Shown here piece after piece: positions 24,388 through 32,000 of a DNA stretch of 32,000 nucleotides. The translations under genes and the position numbers were made by a program. Origin of the DNA: Gemmata obscuriglobus (GTDB lineage: Bacteria > Planctomycetota > Planctomycetia > Gemmatales > Gemmataceae); assembly GCF_008065095.1 (NCBI RefSeq), contig NZ_CP042911.1, positions 6,090,001-6,122,000 on the forward strand. The letters run 5' to 3'. Position 1 is the stretch's first letter. Every line of letters begins with the position of its first letter. The notes beneath the pieces were generated by a model. The model searched no databases, was not told the origin of the DNA, and was given only the letters and a program-made list of their open reading frames with translations.

Positions 24388-25824
24388 ATGGACCCGACCG
24401 AACTCCGCGATCTGGACGCGGCCCGCCGGTACATTCTGGACGGGTTGCTGCTCCAGCGCGCGGTCAAGCCCACCGCCAACACCGTCCGGCGCGCCCTCGA
24501 GTGGGCGATGGAAATCGCGTCCGAAGGCGACCCGCTCCCGCCGATCGGGTTCGTGGCCGACGTCGGGCACGTCGCGCTCGGCGTGGACACCGACCAGCGG
24601 GCGCGAGAAGCCCACCCGGTGCCCGGGTGGCCGCCGGCGTTGGGGCGCAGCTACGAGGACCACGTCCTCGGCAAGCTCTACGCCGACTGGACCTTCGAGC
24701 GCGCCGGCGACGCGCTGCGGAAGTACAAGGACCGTGACCGCGTCCGCGGGCTGGCCTACCTGGTGCGCCAGATTTGTGACCGGGCCGGGTTCGCCGGGGT
24801 GCTGCTCCCGCCGGCCGTGATCCGGTCGCTCCAGACCACCAACCCCGACGAGATCATCAAGTCGTCCTACGACGAACTGGTCCGCGACGGCCCGCTCCCG
24901 CTGCTCGTGCAGCTCTACGAGGCGCTCGTGGCGGCCGGGCGGCGCACCGCCGAGGTGTTGGCCCTCGAAGACATCCTCGCGATCGAACAGGGCACCGCGA
25001 TCGCCGACAAGGCGCACTACGTCGCGCACCGGCAGATCGTACAAACGACGGCCCGGCTCGAAGCGAAGCTCCCGGGCCGGCCGGTGAAGCCGCTCGTGGG
25101 CCGCAAAGAGGTTCCGACCCGCGTGATGGACGAGGACCAGTACCCGGTCGGCGGGTACACGTCGATCTCCACGAAGGGCTCGATCGAAAGCCTGCTGCAC
25201 TCGCAACTGGCGTACATGGAGCCGGAGAGCCCCGACCTGTTCGACATGAAGTTCGTGCGGGACGAGCTGTTCTACTACTCGCGCGACGAGAACCAGTTCC
25301 TCCGGCGCCGCCGCGCGTTCGTGTTCGTGCTGTACCCGGACCTGGTCACCGCCCGTTTCAAGGACGCCGACCTTCCCTACCAGCGGATCGTTCTGGTCCA
25401 GGCCACGATCCTGGCGCTCGTGCGGCGGTTGACCGAGTGGCTGAGCACGGACGCCATCCGCTTCGAGGTGCTGTTCGTGCAAGAGGGCGGGAAGAACCCG
25501 CTGACCGAAGAGGCAGCGCTGCTGAAGTTGCTGCTGCGCGAGCCGATCGAGCGCGGCGACGGCGAGGTGCTCGAGCTGCCCAACCAGGAGGCAATTGAGA
25601 AGCACCTGGGCACGCTGTCGCGCAGCGCGCAGGTCCACTGTCTCGCGGTCGCGGCCGAACCGGTCACGCTGGACCTAGAAACGGTGGTGGTGACGAAACT
25701 GATGGTGAAAGGGTCGCACCCGGTGATCAAGACCGGCAGCGTGCTTTCCGACCACCTCGACGGCGAGGACGCGTTCGATTTGTGGCAGAGCGTCGTGCTG
25801 CGGGCGCTGGAGTTGTGGGTGTGA
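24388..25824 (+). CDS. conserved-looking cytoplasmic hypothetical protein (478 aa), family not recognised
   Basis: High GC3, balanced composition and no TM helix or signal peptide. ATG at 24388 is preceded by GGAAGG. The opposite-strand 430-aa ORF has typical shadow-ORF composition (R/L/V/H/D/E-rich). Confidence 0.75.
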   Translation: MDPTELRDLDAARRYILDGLLLQRAVKPTANTVRRALEWAMEIASEGDPLPPIGFVADVGHVALGVDTDQRAREAHPVPGWPPALGRSYEDHVLGKLYADWTFERAGDALRKYKDRDRVRGLAYLVRQICDRAGFAGVLLPPAVIRSLQTTNPDEIIKSSYDELVRDGPLPLLVQLYEALVAAGRRTAEVLALEDILAIEQGTAIADKAHYVAHRQIVQTTARLEAKLPGRPVKPLVGRKEVPTRVMDEDQYPVGGYTSISTKGSIESLLHSQLAYMEPESPDLFDMKFVRDELFYYSRDENQFLRRRRAFVFVLYPDLVTARFKDADLPYQRIVLVQATILALVRRLTEWLSTDAIRFEVLFVQEGGKNPLTEEAALLKLLLREPIERGDGEVLELPNQEAIEKHLGTLSRSAQVHCLAVAAEPVTLDLETVVVTKLMVKGSHPVIKTGSVLSDHLDGEDAFDLWQSVVLRALELWV

Positions 25825-25877
25825 ACCGGGCTCCCGGTTCCGGATGCTCCGGCGCGCCCGGCCGCCCGCATTCCGCG

Positions 25878-25903
25878 GGAACCTGGAACTTGGAACGGGG
25901 AAC
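25878..25903. repeat. four tandem GGAAC heptads (solo half-element)
   Basis: GGAAC starts at 25878, 25885, 25892 and 25899, exactly 7 nt apart (gggaacc tggaact tggaacg gggaact). It is preceded by attccgc and followed by acacagacagcgaacc, which echoes aacagacagcaccaacc at 15853-15869. Confidence 0.75.
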
Positions 25904-25989
25904 TCCTACACAGACAGCGAACCGCCGGACCGCGTGCGGCGTATGGCGGGTAACGCACCGACTCGTTCCGACCCACCGCGGGCCTCGCG

Positions 25990-27270
25990 ATGTTTTCGAC
26001 CTGGATCAACGATCCCACCGTTCTGCTGGCCGGTGTGGTGCTGGCAGCCGTGCAGTTCGTCGCCGCGCTGCCGTGGCTCTGGGCCATCGACCCGAAAGGG
26101 TTTAAGGCCGCGTCCAGCAGCCCGGTGGCGTTCCTGTACGTCCTGCTCGGCCTCCTCGGGGCCGGGGTCGGCGTCGCCACCTTCCTCGGGTACAAGGGGG
26201 ACGCCACGGTCCTCGCCTGGAACGGGCGGTACATCTACGGCGCGGTCCTGCACCTCCAGCTCATCATCGCCGTGTTCCTCCTGCTGCCGCAGGCGCTCAT
26301 CATGGTGTGGCCCAAGGGGGGCGTGGTCGCGTACGCTGCGTTCCGCGAGAGCTGCCGCCAGCCGATGTTCTGGCTCATCACCGGCGCCGCCGCCATCGCC
26401 GTCTGGATCTCCATCACGATCCCGTACTTCACGTTCGGCGACGACTACAAGATGATGAAGCAGATCGGCTTCGACATCGTGATGCTCTCCGCGACCCTGT
26501 TCGGCATCCTGGCCGCCAGCATGTCGATCAGCGAGGAGATCGAGGGCCGCACCGCGGTCACGCTGATGAGCAAGCCGGTGAACCGCCGCCAGTTCCTGCT
26601 GGGCAAGTTCCTCGGCATCCTGATGGCCTGTCTGGTGATGTCGCTGCTCCTGAGCTGGACGCTCACCGACGCGCTGCGGGCGATGCGCGAGTTCGACCCG
26701 ATCAACAACACGGCGGACCCGTCCGACCCGCTCGGCACCGCCGAAAAGGTGGTGGACCCGCTCACGTTCCAGGCCCAGAGGACCGTTGTACCGCCGTTCC
26801 GGGCGGCCGTGCCGAGCGCGCTCGGTAAAGCGGTCGCGACCGGCGCGGGGCTGCGGTTCTCGGACGCGCTCGCGCACTCGTTCGGGGTCGCGCTCGGGTT
26901 CGGACAGGTCATGATCCTGGTCGCGGTGGCGTCCGCCCTGGCAACGCGGGTCGCGTTCGTCGTGAACCTCGTGCTGTGTCTGGTCCTGTACTTCCTCGGG
27001 CACCTCGCGCCGGTCGTGGTGCAGGTGACTCAGCAGGCCCAAGGCGGCGGGGTGGGGGTGCGGCTGATCGGCTTCCTCGGGCAGCTCTTCGACGCCCTGC
27101 TCCCGTCTCTCGAGTCGTTCAACATGGGCCGGGCAATCATCCGCGAGAGCCCGCTCGACTTGTGGCAGTTCGGCGTGTACGTCCTCACGGTCACAGCGTA
27201 CTCGCTGATCTACACCGTCATCGCGCTCCTCGGCGGCCTGCTGCTGTTCGAAGACCGCGACCTCGCGTGA
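25990..27270 (+). CDS. ABC-2-type transporter permease-like membrane protein
   Basis: Multi-pass TM protein with the ABC-2 family hallmark ...SISEEIEGRTAVTLMSKPVNRRQFLLGKFLGILMACLV... ATG at 25990. Confidence 0.8.
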   Translation: MFSTWINDPTVLLAGVVLAAVQFVAALPWLWAIDPKGFKAASSSPVAFLYVLLGLLGAGVGVATFLGYKGDATVLAWNGRYIYGAVLHLQLIIAVFLLLPQALIMVWPKGGVVAYAAFRESCRQPMFWLITGAAAIAVWISITIPYFTFGDDYKMMKQIGFDIVMLSATLFGILAASMSISEEIEGRTAVTLMSKPVNRRQFLLGKFLGILMACLVMSLLLSWTLTDALRAMREFDPINNTADPSDPLGTAEKVVDPLTFQAQRTVVPPFRAAVPSALGKAVATGAGLRFSDALAHSFGVALGFGQVMILVAVASALATRVAFVVNLVLCLVLYFLGHLAPVVVQVTQQAQGGGVGVRLIGFLGQLFDALLPSLESFNMGRAIIRESPLDLWQFGVYVLTVTAYSLIYTVIALLGGLLLFEDRDLA

Positions 27271-27276
27271 TCGGAG

Positions 27277-27318
27277 GCGTGCGGGGGCGTGGGTCGCGAA
27301 CGACGCTCCCCCGCACGC
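27277..27318 (+). terminator. GC-rich hairpin just after the ABC-2 permease stop
   Basis: 27277-27287 gcgtgcggggg pairs with 27308-27318 cccccgcacgc (11 bp), starting 7 nt after the TGA at 27268-27270. There is no U-tract. Confidence 0.4.
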
Positions 27319-27492
27319 ACAATCGGCACACGCCGCACGAACTGCAAGTCGCACGGTGTACGGTTCCGCGGGGGGCAGACGCCGCCCGCCCGCCATTTCT
27401 GACGTTCCCCCACTCACACACCCGCGCTGACCGTGATAGGCTGACTTAAAGGGCGCTGGCTGTGGCGCCCGCCCGAGTACACCTTTATCACC

Positions 27493-29736
27493 GTGTCGAG
27501 GGCTCACGTGGACGGCGACGCACTCACCCGGCTCCGCACCGACTTCGTCAAATCCCCCGCGGCTCGACGAGGCGCGATCCTGAGTTCCATCGGCGCCGCC
27601 GTAACGTGCGCCTTCCTCGTTTTGCTCCTGTATTTGTTCGTGGACCTGCTCGTGTGGCGCGGCGAGATCCCGCACTATGGGGAGCTCACGGCGGCGCAAA
27701 AGAAGGAATTCGCCACCGAGTGGGCGGAGCATTCCGACGCCGACCGAAACGCTGCGGTCGCCCGGCTCAACTGGGCGGACCCGTTACGCGTGAAGCGGCT
27801 CACCGCCAAAAGTGACGAGGAACTCAAGCCGCTGGCACGCTCACAGGCCGAAGAGCACCTCTTCGCCGACGAGTGGGACGCGCGGTGGCACGCGGGGGTG
27901 TACCTCACGCTCCGCGAACGCGTGCATCAGGCCGCCGCCGACGCGTACCTCCCGCCCTCGGGCTCGGAGCGTGCCGATAAGGCCGAAGGCAGCGACCCCG
28001 ACGCGAAACCGCAGTTCGGGTTGCTCAGCCTCGTGGTGCGCGAGCGGAACCGGTGGACGGCGCCGCTCCTGGGCCGGGTCGCCGCCTGGGCCGGGTGGAC
28101 GTGGAAGCCGGGGGCGACTGGGTCCGCGAACGTCACGTACCTGACCGGGCTGTTCGTGCTCGCCTTGGGGCTCGCGGCCGTCCGCGGAGTTCTGGTGAAC
28201 GCCCTCACGTACCTGTCGGCCGCGGTCACCCTCGAAGCGGTCACCAAGGTGCGGCGCGCCGTGTACTTCCACACCTACCGGTTGGGCACGCTCACGATGC
28301 AGGCGGTCGGCACCGCCGAGGCCGCGCGGCTGCTCACGGAGCGGGTCGAGGAGGTGGGCGACGCGCTGCACGCGCGGCTCACCGGCGCGGTCCGGTATCC
28401 GCTCACCGCGGCGCTCCTGCTGGTGGTCATCCTGCTCGTGAACTTCTGGCTCGCGCTCAGCTTCCTGGCGCTCGCGTCGCTGGTGTGGCTGGTCGGCGGC
28501 CAGGTCGCGGCGCACTTCCGGCGCGAGGGCCGGTTCGGCGAACGGCAGGCCGCCGCGGCGCTCGCGCTCCTTAAGGAAAGCATGGCCCTGTTCCGGCTGG
28601 TGAAGTGCTTCCAGATGGAGCGGTTCAACCAGGCCCGCGTCGAGCGCCAGTTGAACGAATCGGCCCGGGCGAACTGGCGCAAGATGCGCGGCAGCACGCT
28701 CGCGAGTCCGCTCCTCGGCTCGGTCGTGCTGGTGGCGGGCGTCGCCCTGCTGTACCTCGCGGCGCGGGGCGTATTGGCGGGCGGGTTCACGGTCGCGGGC
28801 CTCGCGGTGCTCGCCGTCGCGCTGGTGGCGCTCGGCGCGCCGGTCGCGGGCCTGTTCGACTACGCCGCCAAACAGAAGCGCGGGCGCGAGGCCGCGGACG
28901 CGATCTTCGAGTTCCTCGACCGCCGCGGCGAGGCCGCCGAGGCCGCCGACGCGGAGTTCCTCCCGGCGCTCACCACCCGCATCGAGTTCCGCCAAGTCAC
29001 CCTCGACGACCCCGCCACCGGCAAGCGGCTGCTGGAGAGCGTCACGTTCGCGGTGCCGGTTCACGCGAGCGCCGCCATCGTCGGCCCCGACCCGGCCGAG
29101 AAGCACGCGCTCATGTACCTCGTGCCGCGGTTCCTCGACCCGACCTCGGGTGAGATCCGGATCGAGGACAAGAACATCCGGTGGGTCACGCACGAATCCC
29201 TCCGCGCGCAGGTCGCGGTGGTGATGCTCGACGACCTCACATTCACCGACACGGTCGCGAACAACATTGGGGTCGGGAACCCGGAGCACAGCCTGCCGCA
29301 AATCATTGAGGCCGCGAAACTGGCGCACGCGCACCAGTTCATCGAGAAGCTGCCCTTCGGCTACGAAACGCTGATCGGGCCGACCGGCCACACGCTGACA
29401 CTCGGCCAGCGGTTCCGCGTCGCGCTCGCCCGCGCCCTGCTCCGCGACCCGTCCGTGCTGGTGATCGAGGAGCCGACCGGGCCGGTGGACGAGGACACGC
29501 TCGCGCTGCTCGACGACACGCTGGCCCGGATCTCCGCCGGGCGCACGATCCTGTTCCTCGCCCAGCGGCTGTCGACGCTGCGGAACGTGAACCGCGTGTT
29601 CGTGCTGAAGGGCGGGCGCATCGAGGCGTCGGGCACCCACGACGAACTCTGGAAGGACAGCGACACCTACCGCGGGTTGCAACTGACCGCCGACGCGACC
29701 GCGACCGAGTACCCCGCGCTGAAGGACACCGAATGA
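27493..29736 (+). CDS. ABC exporter-type TMD-NBD fusion protein with degenerate nucleotide-binding motifs
   Basis: MsbA-like six-helix TMD with a roughly 170-aa insert after TM1, and a C-terminal ABC fold recognisable from ...LARALLRDPSVLVIEEP... and ...RLSTL..... GTG start at 27493, with an alternative in-frame GTG at 27508. See the findings for motif degeneracy. Confidence 0.85.
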   Translation: MSRAHVDGDALTRLRTDFVKSPAARRGAILSSIGAAVTCAFLVLLLYLFVDLLVWRGEIPHYGELTAAQKKEFATEWAEHSDADRNAAVARLNWADPLRVKRLTAKSDEELKPLARSQAEEHLFADEWDARWHAGVYLTLRERVHQAAADAYLPPSGSERADKAEGSDPDAKPQFGLLSLVVRERNRWTAPLLGRVAAWAGWTWKPGATGSANVTYLTGLFVLALGLAAVRGVLVNALTYLSAAVTLEAVTKVRRAVYFHTYRLGTLTMQAVGTAEAARLLTERVEEVGDALHARLTGAVRYPLTAALLLVVILLVNFWLALSFLALASLVWLVGGQVAAHFRREGRFGERQAAAALALLKESMALFRLVKCFQMERFNQARVERQLNESARANWRKMRGSTLASPLLGSVVLVAGVALLYLAARGVLAGGFTVAGLAVLAVALVALGAPVAGLFDYAAKQKRGREAADAIFEFLDRRGEAAEAADAEFLPALTTRIEFRQVTLDDPATGKRLLESVTFAVPVHASAAIVGPDPAEKHALMYLVPRFLDPTSGEIRIEDKNIRWVTHESLRAQVAVVMLDDLTFTDTVANNIGVGNPEHSLPQIIEAAKLAHAHQFIEKLPFGYETLIGPTGHTLTLGQRFRVALARALLRDPSVLVIEEPTGPVDEDTLALLDDTLARISAGRTILFLAQRLSTLRNVNRVFVLKGGRIEASGTHDELWKDSDTYRGLQLTADATATEYPALKDTE

Positions 29737-30542
29737 CGGATTACAGCACCGAGCTGGCGGCGGCACGTCACGCCGCCGCTCGCGCCAGTGACTTCCTTCG
29801 CCGCGAGTACGAGGCGTTCACCCCGATCCCCGACGCCCCGGTTTCGATCAGCACGCACGCGGACCGTGCGTCGCAGGAATTGATCCTCGGCCTCTTGCAC
29901 GAGCAATTTCCCGGGGACGCGCTGTGCGCCGAGGAGTCGACGCCACAGTTCGACGGCGTGGCGAAATCGGGAAAGCGGACGTGGGTCGTGGACCCCATCG
30001 ACGGCACCCGCGGGTTCGCGAAAAAGGTCGGCCAGTTCTCGGTCATGATCGGCCTTCTGGTTGACGGGCTCCCCGTGGTGGGGGTCGTGGCCGAACCGGT
30101 GCAGCAGCGGATCACGTTCGCACGGATCGGCGGCGGCTGCTGGCTCCAATTCGGTAACGAGGAGCCGACGCGCTGCCAGGTTTCGGCCCGCGCGTTCGAC
30201 GAACTCGTGCTCGTGCAGAGCTGGGCGAAAACGGGCATGTCGCCGAAGCCGGTGCGTGCGCTGGCACCCAAAACGGTGATCGAGACGTATTCCGGCGGGG
30301 TGAAGCTGGCGTGTGTGGCGCGTGGCGATGCCGACGTGTACGCGAATACCTACGGCACGTTCGCGGACTGGGACATTTGCGCCGGCCACCTGCTCGTGAC
30401 CGAGGCCGGCGGCACGGTCACGTTCCTGAACGGCGCGCCTGTAACCTATCAGGCACCGGAGTTCAAACAAACGAACGGGCTGCTCGCCACAAACGGGCTC
30501 GTCCACGCGCAAGCGGTCGCGGCTTTGAGCCGTGAATCGTGA
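29733..30542 (+). CDS. inositol-monophosphatase-family phosphatase (IMPase/CysQ-like)
   Basis: Motifs CAEES, WVVDPIDGTRGF and WDICAG. The ATG overlaps the upstream stop (ATGA at 29733-29736). Confidence 0.9.
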   Translation: MTDYSTELAAARHAAARASDFLRREYEAFTPIPDAPVSISTHADRASQELILGLLHEQFPGDALCAEESTPQFDGVAKSGKRTWVVDPIDGTRGFAKKVGQFSVMIGLLVDGLPVVGVVAEPVQQRITFARIGGGCWLQFGNEEPTRCQVSARAFDELVLVQSWAKTGMSPKPVRALAPKTVIETYSGGVKLACVARGDADVYANTYGTFADWDICAGHLLVTEAGGTVTFLNGAPVTYQAPEFKQTNGLLATNGLVHAQAVAALSRES

Positions 30543-30812
30543 GTTGTAACGGTAGAGCTTCGCCGCGGGGCACTCTCCTCGTGGCCCTTGGTCCTGCGCG
30601 CGGGGTTCTTGGTCGTGGGGTGCTCCTCAACGCCGACTTTCGCACCGACCGCACCAGCCCCAACGAGCGCAGGTCGAAAGTCCTCGCGGGAGTTCAAAGT
30701 CCGGTATGCCAGCGAGCCGATCACGGCCATTGACGAACAGTACGGTCAGCTCGTATTCCGGCCGCCATCCCGTTAGTGCTCGCCGCACCGAATCATCCGC
30801 CGCAATTCGGCC

Positions 30813-32000
30813 TTATGGCCGCACATCGAAGCAGAGTACCTTTTCCTCATCGCGAACGTACAGCAGACCGTTCACCAGGGTCGGCGTGGCCCAGTTGTTG
30901 TTCCCGGTCAGCACCTTCGGCAGCTTCGACACCAGTGTGTATTCCTTGGGATTTGCCTCCACCAAGCACAGGTCGCCCCGCGCGGTCTGCAGGATGAGGT
31001 GTTCACCCGCCAGAATCAGGCTCGCCTGCCCGATCTCGCGCGCCTCCCAGTCCGGTACCGATTTCCCGGTCATGAGCGTGACGCACTTCAGCCCGCCGCT
31101 GCCCTGGGTGCCGTCGATGCCGAAGAGGTGCTTGTCCTTGTACACGCTCGTCGCGTGGTGGTTCGCGAATCCGTTGCGACGCTGCTCGTACACCTTTACC
31201 AAGGTAACCTCGTCACCCCGGCGTTCGGCCCGTAGAAGCGCGCAGCCCATTTCGTACGCGGACGAGATGAACACGTACTCGCTGTCCACCACCAGGGGCG
31301 TCGCGATGTTCCCGCTGAACCGTGTGGCCCACTTGAACTCGCTCATCACCTTTCCGTCGGCAGCACGCACTGCGAGGAGAGCGTCACCCAAAAACGCGAA
31401 GATCACTTCAAGGCCGCCAATGCTGGCCGCGACCGGCGAACTGTATCCCGGCGGGTTAGAACCCGCCCGCCACTTCACCGCGCCACTCGCTCTATCAAAC
31501 GCGACGACCGCGGCCCCATTGCCGCCCGGTTGCACAACCACCATCTCGCCCAGAAGCAGCGGGGAACACGCAACACCCCACTGCGGCAGGTCCGCGTTGA
31601 ATTCGGTGATGAGATCGTGTTCCCAGCGCACCTGGGGCCGATCCCCCTCGATCTCAAGTGCGAGCAATTTGCCCGCGCCACCAACCGTAAATACCCAGCT
31701 CCCCGCGACCGTCGGCGTGGCGCGCGGGCCGATCGCATAGGTGCGGTCCTTACCGGCCTGCCCCGATGGGTACGTGTGTTCCCACACGAGCCGCCCGGTT
31801 TCGGCGTCCAGGCACACGACGCGCTCGTTCTCGCCCTGGCGGTCCTGAACGTACAACCGTCCCCCGACCACCGCACACGACCCGTACCCGCCGCCGATTG
31901 GCGTGCGCCACAGTTGTTTCGGAGGGCTCTTGTCCCAGTCGGTACGAAACGATCCGGCCGGCGCAACGCCCGCGTGCCCGGCCCCGCGCCACTGCGGATA
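30813..32000 (-). CDS. PQQ-like beta-propeller repeat protein, 5'-partial (runs off the window)
   Basis: The frame stays open upstream of the ORF-track GTG at 31871 to the window edge. It reads YPQWRGAGHAGVAPAGSFRTDWDKSPPKQLWRTPIGGGYGSCAVVGGRLYVQD, the typical propeller N-terminus. Repeated ..A.DA.TG...W motifs follow. Confidence 0.85.
   Translation of the reverse strand, partial: YPQWRGAGHAGVAPAGSFRTDWDKSPPKQLWRTPIGGGYGSCAVVGGRLYVQDRQGENERVVCLDAETGRLVWEHTYPSGQAGKDRTYAIGPRATPTVAGSWVFTVGGAGKLLALEIEGDRPQVRWEHDLITEFNADLPQWGVACSPLLLGEMVVVQPGGNGAAVVAFDRASGAVKWRAGSNPPGYSSPVAASIGGLEVIFAFLGDALLAVRAADGKVMSEFKWATRFSGNIATPLVVDSEYVFISSAYEMGCALLRAERRGDEVTLVKVYEQRRNGFANHHATSVYKDKHLFGIDGTQGSGGLKCVTLMTGKSVPDWEAREIGQASLILAGEHLILQTARGDLCLVEANPKEYTLVSKLPKVLTGNNNWATPTLVNGLLYVRDEEKVLCFDVRP

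Noticed and set aside
24346-25638. 430-aa minus-strand ORF as an alternative to the 24388-25824 plus-strand gene
   Set aside because: The plus frame has high GC3 and balanced composition including K/I/Y/F, and it has a GGAAGG upstream of its ATG. The minus frame is R/L/V/H/D/E-rich, as expected for an antisense shadow.
25906-27732. 608-aa minus-strand ORF
   Set aside because: It is antisense to the ABC-2 permease and has shadow-ORF composition (R/E/D/H/G/P-rich). It would run across the real intergenic hairpin at 27277-27318.
27841-29766. 641-aa minus-strand ORF
   Set aside because: It is antisense to the ABC TMD-NBD gene, which has recognisable fold motifs. The composition is typical of GC-rich antisense frames.
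30449-30776. Small ORFs in the IMPase/propeller convergent spacer (93 aa on the minus strand, 62 aa on the plus strand)
   Set aside because: The minus ORF overlaps the IMPase 3' end by about 94 nt. Neither has a recognisable motif, signal or convincing composition, so the region is left as non-coding.

Overview
High-GC bacterial chromosomal segment, roughly two-thirds G+C by eye. The gene content points to Planctomycetota, Gemmata-like: a DUF1559/H-X9-DG pseudopilin-like protein, a TIGR02996-type LRR protein, a BBP7-like outer-membrane barrel and PQQ-type beta-propellers. This is core or housekeeping-type neighbourhood; I see no transposase, integrase, CRISPR array, tRNA or rRNA. I support about 24 CDSs. 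Recognisable ones are a HIBADH-family dehydrogenase, a lipase, an operon of long NfeD, short NfeD, FloA flotillin and a TM protein, FabF, pirin, a DUF1559 plus PepSY-TM operon, PrmC, ThiC behind a TPP riboswitch, an ABC-2-type permease, a TMD-NBD ABC protein and an IMPase-family phosphatase. One 58-aa HemP-like gene (18478-18654) falls below the ORF-track cutoff. Three observations deserve most attention. (1) A dispersed set of long intergenic inverted repeats is partly built from 7-nt-periodic GGAAC/GTTCC units with a shared CTTGGAAC core (3521-3740, 7437-7544, 21225-21344, 22721-22821, 25878-25903, fragment at 18451-18463). Other very long perfect hairpins have arms that are themselves palindromes. 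(2) The ABC exporter-like protein has every catalytic NBD motif degenerate. It sits after an ATPase-less ABC-2 permease and is translationally coupled to an IMPase-family phosphatase. (3) A hemP / DUF1559-PepSY divergon is centred on a perfect 6-5-6 palindrome, which may be an iron-responsive unit. The many long ORFs antisense to real genes are high-GC shadow ORFs and were rejected. All functional calls rest on by-eye motif recognition; no searches were run.
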